From positions 682,001 through 746,000 of the forward strand of contig CM060733.1 in the NCBI GenBank assembly GCA_030704615.1: DNA of 64,000 bases. The letters run 5' to 3'. This document shows, one piece after another, positions 12,720-23,336 of the stretch (the first letter of the stretch is position 1; every line of letters begins with the position of its first letter). This stretch comes from Takakia lepidozioides. Lineage: Eukaryota; Plantae; Bryophyta. The notes beneath the pieces are model-generated. The model had not been told where the DNA came from and ran no database searches. It saw only the letters and a list, made by a program, of their open reading frames with translations. Both the position numbers and the translations under genes were made by a program.

Positions 12720-13614
12720 TTGGAGACAGTAGACATCAACTTTTGCCACACCCACGGGCAGTTCAAGATCTTTCTTTGGGAGCCTAGCTAGCAATGCTTT
12801 GGTAATGTTCGTTCCCGACCCAATGCAATGACACTTCCGAGGGGTGCAATCGCTACATACAGTGAGATTCTACGCAGTCCTAATGTACAGCAAGACACCA
12901 TGATGACAATTACCTGGCCATCAATGTGATAGCTCCATTTTTGCACTTTGCAGTGACTTTCCAGGCTGAGAATGCCCACAATATGCTTGCCCTTATGCTT
13001 GATCCCCAACTTAAGGGGCTCAGGGCTCGAGTGTATTGCACAGTATGTGGGGTATGAAAAGGCCTGGGCAATTGTGAATGAAGATGACACCGCCAAGGTT
13101 GTGGATTCCATTCATTGTGAAGGTACTATGGGTTGAACATAGTTATAGCTGTAGCCCCTCGAGCTACTAATCTTGTGCCATCGCTTGTTGGGTGCTTCGA
13201 CCTCTAGTGAGGAGGCCAGTGAAGGTTTAATGGCAACTGAACTTTATTGTTTTTCGGCGCTTGAACATACATGCAGATAAGTGTGAGGCTCCATTGGTAT
13301 GGTGACATGTGAACTGTCATCGATTCCCTTCTGTTTTATATCTGGCTCGCCAGATTCTTGCAATCCCAGGCTCTCAAATTGAAACGGAACGCATCTTCAA
13401 CGTTGCAGATGTTCTTATGGTTCTACAACGTTGTCGACTTGGACTTGCCAATTTAGATAGCCTCTTGATGATATACAAGAATTGGCCGGACGATGCAAGA
13501 TATGATTCATGTGAGCGGGCATCTAAGAATGTGGAGGAGTTAAAGAAGGTGTCAAATATTTTGTTAGACGACTATGAGGACGATTTGGAAGAACCAGGAT
13601 ACTTTGACGATTAG
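12720..13614 (+). pseudogene. Second hAT transposase remnant (C-terminal part with hATC dimerisation domain)
   Basis: AHNMLALMLDP at ~12975-13007; ORF 13309-13614 FPSVLYLARQILAIPGSQIETERIFNVADVL...RCRLGLANLDSLLMIYKNWPDD. Confidence 0.8.
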
Positions 13615-13989
13615 TAGCTCTAATATAATACAAAGTTGCTCATTGAGGAGGCTGGATATAATTTGCAGCTCCATGTAGTAAGTGTAGTGTAGTTTTTAGA
13701 AACTTAACCACTTGTGTACATCAACTTTACATTCTAAATTAATGAGACAAACTTTGTGAGCTACTTGTAATGGCCTATCTTGATGTTTTTGCATTGGTCA
13801 ATACTGCAGTTCAAGTTTAAAAAAAGTATGCATACCCTGGTTGATATTGTACTTTGAATTTTTTTTGCCTTTCTACTGATACCATGTATACATCCCCATC
13901 TAACATGAAACTTTCAAGTTATAATATCACATGACCTTGCGCGATAATATTGATTAGTGTTGGATGGTTCTTGCATTTGTGAAAAACCT

Positions 13990-14947
13990 TCAGTTCCGGT
14001 TCCACAATTAATTTAAGAGACGTTCTCGGATTCGGTTCCTCAGCCAGTTTCGGTCCCAACTTTTAAACATTGGAATGGTTTTGGTTACCAATTAATTGCT
14101 GAAAAACAACAACAGATCCGATTACGTTCCGGTTCTATTTTAGAAATATAATTAATTAATTAATTTATGTATAAAAGTGCTTTAGATCAGTTTGGGAAAC
14201 TGCCTAGCATTGGTTACCACATTAAATAGTCAAATATTCAGATCTTTTTGACTAAAATTCAGGAATTCTTTGTTTTTTATAGATTTTTAAGAGGAAACAT
14301 TGTCTCGAGCAATTGCTCATAAATCAGGCCCAGGCTTGATTATAGTGAGAGGAGAAGATAACCTCTTTCAAAATTCAAAGTAACCTCACCATGAGGCGCC
14401 AAGTACAAAGATCATGGGATGCCGCCCAATGGAAGGGGGAGAAGATTATACCACTCTTGATAAGGTATTCGGAATTTAACCCAGAATCACGCATGGTGGC
14501 ACTCAGTGCTCTATCCAACTGAGCTACTGACTAATGCTAGGGATTTCATTAGTTTTCACTTTAAAAAAATACACTCAAACAAATTGTAAGAATTAAATAA
14601 ACAAAATTGTGTAATATTAAATTAATAAATTAATATCTTAATGTATTGACATATGCGAATCATTAAGAACCTATGACTCCGAAGGATTGAACTGAGGATC
14701 TCATGGATGTTGAGAGAAATAGATATCAGATTTTGCCATGGGGGTCCACCAGGTCTCCACGCCATGTTACGCCAAGGGCTTTTATGTAGGGTCCAAGAAC
14801 TATACCAACTTCCGTTTCGGGGTTCACATATGTGTGATCCCCACATAAACAACAGTTTGCGCTAATCCCTATTGGCCGGGTCTGGTTTGGGTCCGGTTTC
14901 TCATAACCATAATCGTTGGTCAACCGAAGCCTAGACCCGGAATACTA
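13990..14947 (+). mobile_element. Probable right end of a hAT element (subterminal GTTCCGGTTC-like repeats and putative TIR)
   Basis: Repeated (G)TTCCGGTTC variants at 13990-14135 and 14810-14900, ending in CCCGGAATACTA (reverse complement TAGTATTCCGGG, a hAT-like TAG terminus). The partner TIR was not found. Confidence 0.35.
14272..14535 (-). mobile_element. tRNA-derived SINE (family 1), second copy
   Basis: Minus strand reads TAGCTCAGTTGGATAGAGCACTGAGTG...GGGTTAAATTCC, then TGAAAGAGGTTAT.TTCTCCTCTCACT...GGGCCTGATTT.TGAGC, matching 6676-6911. Confidence 0.7.
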
Positions 14948-16279
14948 GTTCACATGTTGGGGCCGGGTTGGTAGAACGTGAGCACACCTCACGCTTACCC
15001 TGAAAAATGGAGGCGTGAGCACAAAAAACGGCAATATGGTTCCATGGAAATAGAATATGAAGGATAGACATAGGGTTCCTACACACGAATAGGCTATGTA
15101 TATTTCCAAGTTCTAAGTTCCATATTTATAAATTGGTATTCTGCAAAAGAATAACATAGTAGGGGAAACAAAGTCACAAACAAAACACACAATTAATTCA
15201 ACAATTTGATATAGTATAACACACCACGGGTTTCGCCAACAAAATAAATCGAGAATCTAGATTTTCTAGGATTGTAATGAAGGAAAATTGGATAACATGC
15301 TCGTTGATGAGGGGTCACTTGACGTCCAAGTTGATTTATTTTTGAGAACGAAATTTCACGCGATTGTTGTGGTAGATGATAGATCATTATCCAATAGTTT
15401 TGGGGGTGAAACAAAATAAATTGTAACTATTTCCGTGTGTTAGGGAGTTTGAAAAGAAACAAAAGTCATTTGGGTATTTGTCATTTTAATGAAGTTCGAC
15501 TGTCGTAGGCTCTGTGGAAAAAAAAAACGATGAGATATGGCTAAAACGAATTTCAAGTACTTTTGGTCGTTGGACAATGATTGGACGCTCGACAGGAGAG
15601 ATATCAAGGGAAAGGTCTCCGGTTCTGGTCGTAGGCTCTGTGGAAAAAAAAAATGATTAGATATGGCTTGCTTCATATATTGATGCACTTGGACTTAGAT
15701 GACATTGGACACTTGGGCAAACGGCACATGCTACAGTTTGTTTGTTTGTTTTGTTTTGTTTTGTCACGTTGAGATGTCCCAAACCGGAAGGCCTATTGAT
15801 ATTTTTCTCTCATTGTGTTGATCCACTTGATGGGTTGCATTATAATATTTTTTGATAGGTGGAGAGCAAAATGGGAGCAATCATCTGGAGTCGCCTATTG
15901 GGTGGGCGGGAAGAGGTTGGAAAAGCCCTACGTGAGGGGTTTTTCATGTCAATAGCAGGAGCTCCAACCTCCATGGAAGGGAAAAGATACGACATTCTTT
16001 GGAGGATTTGTGCCCTGACAGGGTTGTCTTCAATGGAGCATGTACCATAGAGGCACATGACGTCATTGGGAAATGCTACTTTACTTCATCTATTGATGAA
16101 AAACAATGTTGCTTCTTCATATGTTCATGCATTGAGAAGATGTCATATGCTGAGCGTGTCGCTTGTTAGTGTTTATCACTGGTCGGGAATATTTTGGAGC
16201 CAAGAAACTAACAAACCATGCCTGATGATTAATTGTTGTTGTTTTTTATCATGTGATGTCGCCGCTCCACATACCCTCA

Positions 16280-17580
16280 AATAGGTCTTGGACAAGTACG
16301 GGATCGAAGTTCATTAAAAAGGCAAATGTATGGTTCCCCATCCAAATGATTTTTGTTTCTTTTCAAACTTTGCCAGCACATTCTACATACCATCCGACAT
16401 GCCCTTGACTAATATGAGTTCAATCGAAATTGATTCAAATGGCCAACGAATGGTTGTCCAACCAAATGATTTGTGTTTCCTTTCAAACTTTGCCAGAATA
16501 TTCTACACACCATCCGACAAGTCGTGGACTAATTTGAGATGAATCGAAATTGATTGAAAGGGCCAACGAATGGTTGCCCATCCAAATGATTTTTGTTTGT
16601 TTTCAAACTTTGCCAGTATGTTCAAAAGGCAAGACACACATAGAAGGAGCTTCAGCGGGTGGTGTATCGAATCGTTGCCCATCCAAATGATTTTTGTATG
16701 CTTTGAAACTTCGCCAGTATGCTCTACATACCATCCGAAAGTACTGGACAAATATGAGATCAAACGAAATATATTCAATGGGTGATCGAATGGTTGACCA
16801 TCCAAATGATTATTAATTCCTTTGAAACTTTGCTAGTATGTTCAACATACCATGTCATAGGTGTCGGACAAATATGACATCAATCGAAAATCATTCAAAA
16901 GGTGATCGAATGGCCATCTAGTATCTATCCCATTGATTTTTTTTTTTATTGCTTTGAAACTTTCCGAGTATGTTTAACATACCATCGTCTCTTATTTACC
17001 AGATGATTTTGGTTTGCTTTCACACTTTGCCAGTATGCTCAACATACCATAAAATGGGTCCCAGTGTAATATGAGATGAAACGAAATTTGTTCGATGGGC
17101 CAACGGATGGAAGCCCATCCAAATGATTTTCGTTCATTTCGAAACTTCCGCAGCGTCTTCAGTATACCATCTCACAGGTCCCTAACTAATATGAGATGAA
17201 ACGAAATTCGTTCAATGGGCTAATAGCGCGTTCACATGTCATGCAGTTTTGCACATTGCGAGAAAGAAATCCTCTCATGGGTGAACGGCTATTGCACCCA
17301 TTGAACGGATGTGGTTCAAGCTAAACTTCAACCCGCATGTGCTTGAATATGTGTGTAACACATGCACAAAGATTCAAAAAAAAAAAAAAAAAAAAAAACA
17401 TTTGTCTCCCCAATGACGCAATCACCCTTCAACCAAATTTGAATTAAATCGATTTTAATGAATTTTAATTCAATAATTAGACTTGGAATGTCTATGATTG
17501 TGAGTTTCTGCTACGCAATGATTTTATTTCTCGGTCAATTTTGTTCTGTGTATTCAACCCTCACACCTGTGTATCCTTGC
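16280..17580. repeat. Second array of the ~120-bp repeat family plus shared non-tandem flanks
   Basis: About 8 units (CCATCCAAATGATTTT...TCAAACTTTGCCAG...AATATGAGAT). 17190-17380 is an inverted homolog of ~2840-3020, and 17430-17580 is an inverted homolog of ~1120-1270. Confidence 0.8.
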
Positions 17581-18049
17581 AAAAATTCAGATCAACCAAA
17601 AATGGAAAAAAAATACAAAATGTTGTCTTCGTTCACTATTGCAGAACTCTCTATGAAGCAGCGTAGCTACGGCGTGAGCCCAGCCCCGTGAGCCTGGGAG
17701 CTGAGCTCACGTTGTAGCTGCAAAGCGTGAGCGGCACAAATCTACTGGAGAAGCAGGTCCTATAGGCGAGGATTGCAGGAAGAGGGCCTGTTACCGTGGA
17801 CAAAACAAAGGGGGCCACCATGCACCATGTCTGCAATGCTTGCACAAAAAGAGGAATATGAAAATATGGCAGATTTGAGCTCAGAATGATTGACACACTT
17901 TATTTCAATTCACAGATAGACACTTACAATGAATGACATGTGCATTTGCCCTGGTTCCGCGAACAAAATGTATGTGTTTGTCCTAAATGCAAAGTCTTTA
18001 CAAGGTAACCTGGAAACCAGCATGGGAAGCGGGCATGGCTCGTATGTGT

Positions 18050-19608
18050 TCAAAGAGAATTTGGCGGAGCCCTACGTGAGGTGTCCCGCTGCAGAAGGGT
18101 GATTACTTCTCCGTAGCCTAGTGTGGCTTGGTGAATGAATTGGTCTCTCTTACCATCACAGCACATAATTACAAGGTATATGTAATATTGATGCTTGCAG
18201 GGGACCCACTTCCCTCTCATGCCGAGAGCGCCCTCACGCATCGTTACAAAATCCGGACAAGTGCACGTAGGGAAATTCCCCACGGTAACCTGATATTCTT
18301 TGTCATGAAGAACTGAGCCAATAGACAGCACTGTGTAAATCCGTCCATATCCCGGGGCAGGGACTTCGGTGATACGAGTCACCCAAACCTGCAAAATTCT
18401 AGCCGATTCCATCTTGCATTCGTGATTTGCACCCGAAGCGACACGGCGCACTGTTTTTCCATCTCTTTTTGTTGGGTAGGAGTTGGCACCGGGTGGAGGC
18501 ATTGCCGGAGCATGTGGCACATCTGTGCCAACAGTGCATGAGGGCACCACCCGGGACCGTGCAAGACAGAACCCTCCCTCCTCCACCATGCTTATCTCGG
18601 TTGATGACAACGACGTCCCAAGTTTCACAGGCCAAATTGCGGTGGGAGGGGGCTTCATTATCACCGAAGGACGAACTGTTCCCTTGACGCATCGTGCCAT
18701 ATCGTCTAGGCAGAACCAGAACTTGTGGTCCTTTGACTCCCCACTATGATAAGGTCGGAACAACCCTGTGAATGTTGGAGTTGGAGTCCCCCTGGAGCCT
18801 TTGCATATTTTTGATTTGCATTTCTTGAAAGAGGGGGTCCAAATTGCCATGCAAGCCACTCTAGTGGGGTGCGTTCTATATGCCACTCACTATCAATGCA
18901 ATCAGATTCATGTACCATGGCCACCACCTCCTCCAATGGGATTCTTGCTGCTGTGCTTGCATGATCTGCACCTGCTCAACTGGAGGAGGACCCACCTGGG
19001 AAGGGGCGGGCACACGACTTAGTCTGCACTGGAGACACCCTTGGTATAGAGAAATTGACCCTGTCCGGCCGATGGGAATCTCCATCCGACCCTGGAGGAG
19101 TGTTCAATTTCCTTTTGCATGATCCAAATCTTTCCTCGCCTTCCAAATGGGGGAGCCTGGATTGCAAATGGGAGCCTTCAGTGCACCTATTCAGAGCTCT
19201 GGCCATCTTTGATGGGTCTCCGGACCTACTCGCAGCCCTTGCCTCCGCCCCGTCCCATCAGAAAATTGCGGTACCTGGTTTGTTGTGTAAGTGCTCGCAC
19301 CATGTCATCAGCAGTGGCCACATACAAGTTACGTCCTGCTTTGGTAGACTGCTGCATCCAAGCGTTGTGAACAGTCTCCGCCAAATTCAGGATGATATGT
19401 TGGCCAAGTCCTCCAAGGACATGTCCTGCAGGAGGCATTGCATGGAAATGTGAGGAACGAAAGGAAATGAAAGAGGTTCTGCAAGTGACAATCCAACAAC
19501 CCCAAATGAACAGGCATGATGCAAAGTGAAATTTGTGTTTCTGGGATTGAAGAGGCTAGTTTGCATGGCAGGGAAGGCAACTGAAACGGCTACATTCATG
19601 GAGCAGCC
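18050..19608 (-). pseudogene. C-terminal part of a MULE-like transposase with a SWIM zinc finger
   Basis: DMSLEDLANI../NLAETVHNAW (third catalytic E region, with a frameshift), and ORF 18050-18886 with YQVTVGNFPTCTCPDF...WVPCKHQYYIY (SWIM CxC...CxH). Confidence 0.75.
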
Positions 19609-19772
19609 AATCTTCATCCATGCAGGTTTCTGTAGGGGGGAAATTTAAATGTGCCCTGGAGTGTTTGTGAGGAATTGCAGCGTTTGCTTGAACTTCTTTC
19701 AGCCACCGCGCTGCTGCCTCCTCCATCTGGGAGCTGCTGTCATTGAGCGTACTCCGCTACTCTTTTTCAAGG

Positions 19773-20351
19773 ATGTCGTGCTGCCGAAATCCTGCTGACT
19801 GCCCTTATCATGGCCACAATTATGCTATGTTCAAACCAGAATCAGGAGACATCATTGTCTGGCTCTCTGTTTTCACAGACGCTTCTGGAATCAAGCGGGA
19901 GTCTTTGCGCGCAATGGAGTATTTGGAGGGCTATTACCGCTTTGAGCGAGGTGAGGGCGAGGGTCAATGCGGTCCGTGGGTCCTGAAAATTGTTGACCTC
20001 GATATACCAAGGTGGAATGGTATGCCGGACAGATCACGCACGGCCTCGCTTTGGCGCTGGAACTGCTGCCAGTGGACCAGGGAGGACGGCACCGGGGAAA
20101 ATTATATTCGTGGAGTTCACTCCGCTCTTCCAGTGTATGGAGACATTCGGCTGAGTTGCGAAGACGAATCGCACGGGCACATGAGGCCCACAGTGACCTT
20201 GTCAATGTATGATGGTGGTATGATTGATGGGCATGACATTGTCGTCAGCTCCACCAAGGGCACCAGAACGACCGCATTGCAGTTTACCTCGAGGTGCCGC
20301 ATCAGTAATGAGCTTGTTTTGAGGGCTATCGAAGTTCCGTCGACTTGGTGA
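19773..20351 (+). CDS. Intronless ~192-aa ORF of unknown function
   Basis: Uninterrupted, non-repetitive ORF (MSCCRNPADCPYH...IEVPSTW) in otherwise decayed DNA; no recognisable domain. Confidence 0.4.
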   Translation: MSCCRNPADCPYHGHNYAMFKPESGDIIVWLSVFTDASGIKRESLRAMEYLEGYYRFERGEGEGQCGPWVLKIVDLDIPRWNGMPDRSRTASLWRWNCCQWTREDGTGENYIRGVHSALPVYGDIRLSCEDESHGHMRPTVTLSMYDGGMIDGHDIVVSSTKGTRTTALQFTSRCRISNELVLRAIEVPSTW

Positions 20352-20609
20352 CGACCATGTAGAAGGAGGAAGGGCTTAGATTTGTCTGAAGTTGCTAAAT
20401 ATGAGACACCGTGTTCGATCAATAAAACAACCCATCGTACCTCACTTCTGTGTGCTTGTGTTTCATTGTGTTCAAGAAGTGCCGTAAGTGGCCCACTGTT
20501 TACAATTTGTGGTCTCATTTCTACAATGTGTCTGTCCATATGAATATACCAGAGTCAGCGATATTAGAGTCCTGAGGTGAAGGAAATCCATGTATGAGTA
20601 AAAGGAAAC

Positions 20610-21945
20610 ATGTACATGCCGAAGTTCGGAAATTTGGCATCGCATTTCATTTTTCTCCATGCAGCGATTTCTGGCAGCTCCCTTTCCTCCGTTGTGGTCG
20701 TAACGGAAATGCTGTACCGCATTTCATTTCTTGACATGGCATTACCATACTTCGAATTGGAAATGCGGCACCACATTTCCATATTGGACCTTGAATTGTC
20801 CAAGCATGTCCAATCGCCAATGCTTGTCCATGTCCATACTGGAAATGCGGCACCGCATTTCCATGTCCGTCATCGAAATTTCGTACCGGACAATGGAATG
20901 CGGCACCGCATTTCCGGAGAGCACAATGGAATGCGGTGCCGCATTTCCATCGAAGGGTCTGGAATTGGACAAACAATGATGTCCATTCTGAAAATGCGGC
21001 ACCGCATTTCCATGTCCGTCATCAAAATTTCGTATTGGACAATGGATTGCGGTGCCGCATTTCCGTCCAGCTAGACGGAATACCCACACGGGTCTGGAAT
21101 TGGACAAACAACGATGTGGGCCTTGGAAATGCGGCGACGCATTTCCATGTTTGGCAATCGAAAGTTCTTATTGGACAATGGAATGCGGTGCCGCATTTCT
21201 GACCAGCACGATGGAATGCGGTGCCACATTTCCGTCTAGCATGATGGAATGCGGTGCCAAATTTCCGTCCAAGGGTCTGGAATTGGACAAACAACGATGT
21301 CTGTTTTGGAAATGCGGCACCGCATTTCCATGTCCGTAATGAAAATTTCGTATTGGACAATGGAATGCGGTGCCGCATTTCCGTCCAACAAGACGGAATG
21401 CCCACACAGGTGTGGAATTGGACAAACAACGATGTCTGTTTTGGAAATGCGGCGCCGCATTTCCATGTTTGGCAATCGAAAGTTCTTATTGGACAATGTA
21501 ATGCGGTGCCGCATTTCCGTCAAAGGGCCTGAAATTGGACAAACAACGATGTCTGTTCTGGAAATGCGGCGCCGCATTTCCATGTACGTCATCAAAATTT
21601 CTTATTGGACAATGGAATGCGGTGCCGCATTCCCGTCTAGCATCATGAAATGCGGAGCCGCATTTCCGTTGATGGGTCTGCAGTTGGAAAAACGTCCATC
21701 TCCAAAATGGAAATGCGGCACCGCATTTCCATGTCCGCCATTTAGATAACGTGTTCGACCTCCGCATGCGGGGTGGCATTTCCATTTACCTCCATGGAAG
21801 GAGCTGGCAATCGGCAAAACTGCCGTGTCGAAAACGGAAATGCGGCACCGCATTTCTGTTCAGCCGAACAGTTTCTGATGTCCAAACCATGAAACGGAAA
21901 ATTGTTCTTGCCCTGGTTTTGGAAATGCGGTGCCGCATTTCCGAT
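20610..21945. repeat. Array of roughly 30 imperfect palindromes GGAAATGCGGCACCGCATTTCC within higher-order units
   Basis: The motif alternates in orientation (GCGGCACCGC / GCGGTGCCGC). Linkers GGAATTGGACAAACAACGATGTC and AAAATTTCGTATTGGACAAT are themselves repeated. Confidence 0.9.
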
Positions 21946-22078
21946 TTTGGGGGGAACGTGGTTTGGACGATGGTGTCGTTGAGAAGCACATGGGAGAGGG
22001 GACATGAAGGATGGGGAGAATTTCCTTTATATACTCTGGAAAAGAATTTAAATGTACAGAGAGTTCATTAAAATTCTA

Positions 22079-23336
22079 TTAATCTTGAAAATAATCAGTA
22101 TCGTCGTCTTGTCCTTGACTATCCTGCTCCACCTCCACCCCGTCATTGCCTTTCTCATCTCCAGCGGACTGCTCGTTGGCCAGGCTTTCAAAAATCCCAT
22201 CTTCCCCTTGCGGAACCGACCATCTCACCTCCGTTGGGTCGTCGTCCTCCCAGTTTGCATCGCTCTCATCCACTGAATCACATATGAACTTTCGCACCCG
22301 TCTACCTGTCTCAGCTGTTGCCAACTCTTTTCTTATCGTTCTGTCCTCCCTAGCCCTCTCCAAAATCTGCTCTACTTTACTGGGATTCTCACATCGTCTA
22401 ATCGCTGTATTTGCGAGTTTAGCTGCATAACTAGGAAGGGAGTAGTCCTTCACCGGGCTCGTCACGAAGTTGGCCCTCGCAAAGAACGGGATATTCTTAT
22501 TGGCAGGAAGTGTAGGCCCTACATGTTTTGACCCGGATCCTGGAATCCTGCACATAACAATCACCAACGAGACCAATGAGAACCACAGTCCGGAAATGCG
22601 TTTGACAAAAAATCACCCAGATGGCTTTGCAAACTTACAATGTTTGCACTCACTCGTATTCCGGGTTCTCCTCGGCATCAATGTCCACTGTCTCTTCCTC
22701 CGACTCCGACGAATCCGAGGAGTCTTTGGCTTTGAAGGGAGCCTTCACATTCCGTTGCAGCCCTTCCAGATGGGATCCCCAGACGGATGTGTCCTCCTCG
22801 TAGGCAAAGAGGTGCCGGTCGGAAAACCGCCCAGCCCACATTGAGGCACCTGTTACAATGCCATCCACACATTATAACATGGCCCTTCAGATGTTGCGAA
22901 TTAAAGCATAACGAGAATTTGCAGAACAACATAGAACAAGATTCTGCATACCTGTCCCACAGATGAGGTCGAGCACTGTGCCCTCCACGTCATTGCATGT
23001 CTCCATAATTGTCTGAATGAAGGCAGGGCTCCGAGTCCGTGAATACCGAAGGGGTTCCTTTGAAGTGAGGCTATGAGGGAGAAGTTCCGTGGGAATGTTG
23101 TTGAATAGGACGTCGTAACCGATGGGGTCGCAGTTCGGGTCAACCAACAATCCCTCCTTCCGGAAAGCAAAGGTGGAGTTCTCCTTCACAAAGCAGTATG
23201 CATCGAACTGCTTCGTCTGCATACACAGTGGGGAACGATTAGAAATCGAATGCGGCACGACATTTCAAAACACCTAAGAAAATGAAAGGACGAGTGCCAA
23301 TGTCGTAATTACCTTCTTTCCTTCCGACCGAAGGCG
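22079..23336 (-). pseudogene. 5'-truncated, spliced gene encoding the C-terminal half of a beta-class N4C/N6A DNA methyltransferase-like protein with an acidic tail
   Basis: Exons ~23336-23313, 23216-22952, 22849-22654 and 22547-22079, joined by GT-AG introns; the two internal junctions keep the frame through to the stop at 22079. Spliced RSPAFIQTIMETCNDVEGTVLDLICGT^GASMWAGRFSDRHLFAYEED aligns without gaps to the motif X-I-II pattern KPxxLxxxIIxxxSxxGDxVLDPFxGSGTTxxAAxxxGRxxIGxE. Confidence 0.65.

Noticed and set aside
15840-16270. Minus-strand coding remnant
   Set aside because: Multiple stops upstream and no recognisable domain.
20610-21945. CRISPR-like array (palindromic repeats with spacers)
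   Set aside because: The spacers are themselves repeated and vary in length, repeat orientation alternates, no cas genes are present, and the context is eukaryotic.
20564-22071. Many overlapping ORFs with MRHRIS/KCGTAF repeats
   Set aside because: Artefacts of a stop-poor palindromic DNA repeat that is open in many frames on both strands.
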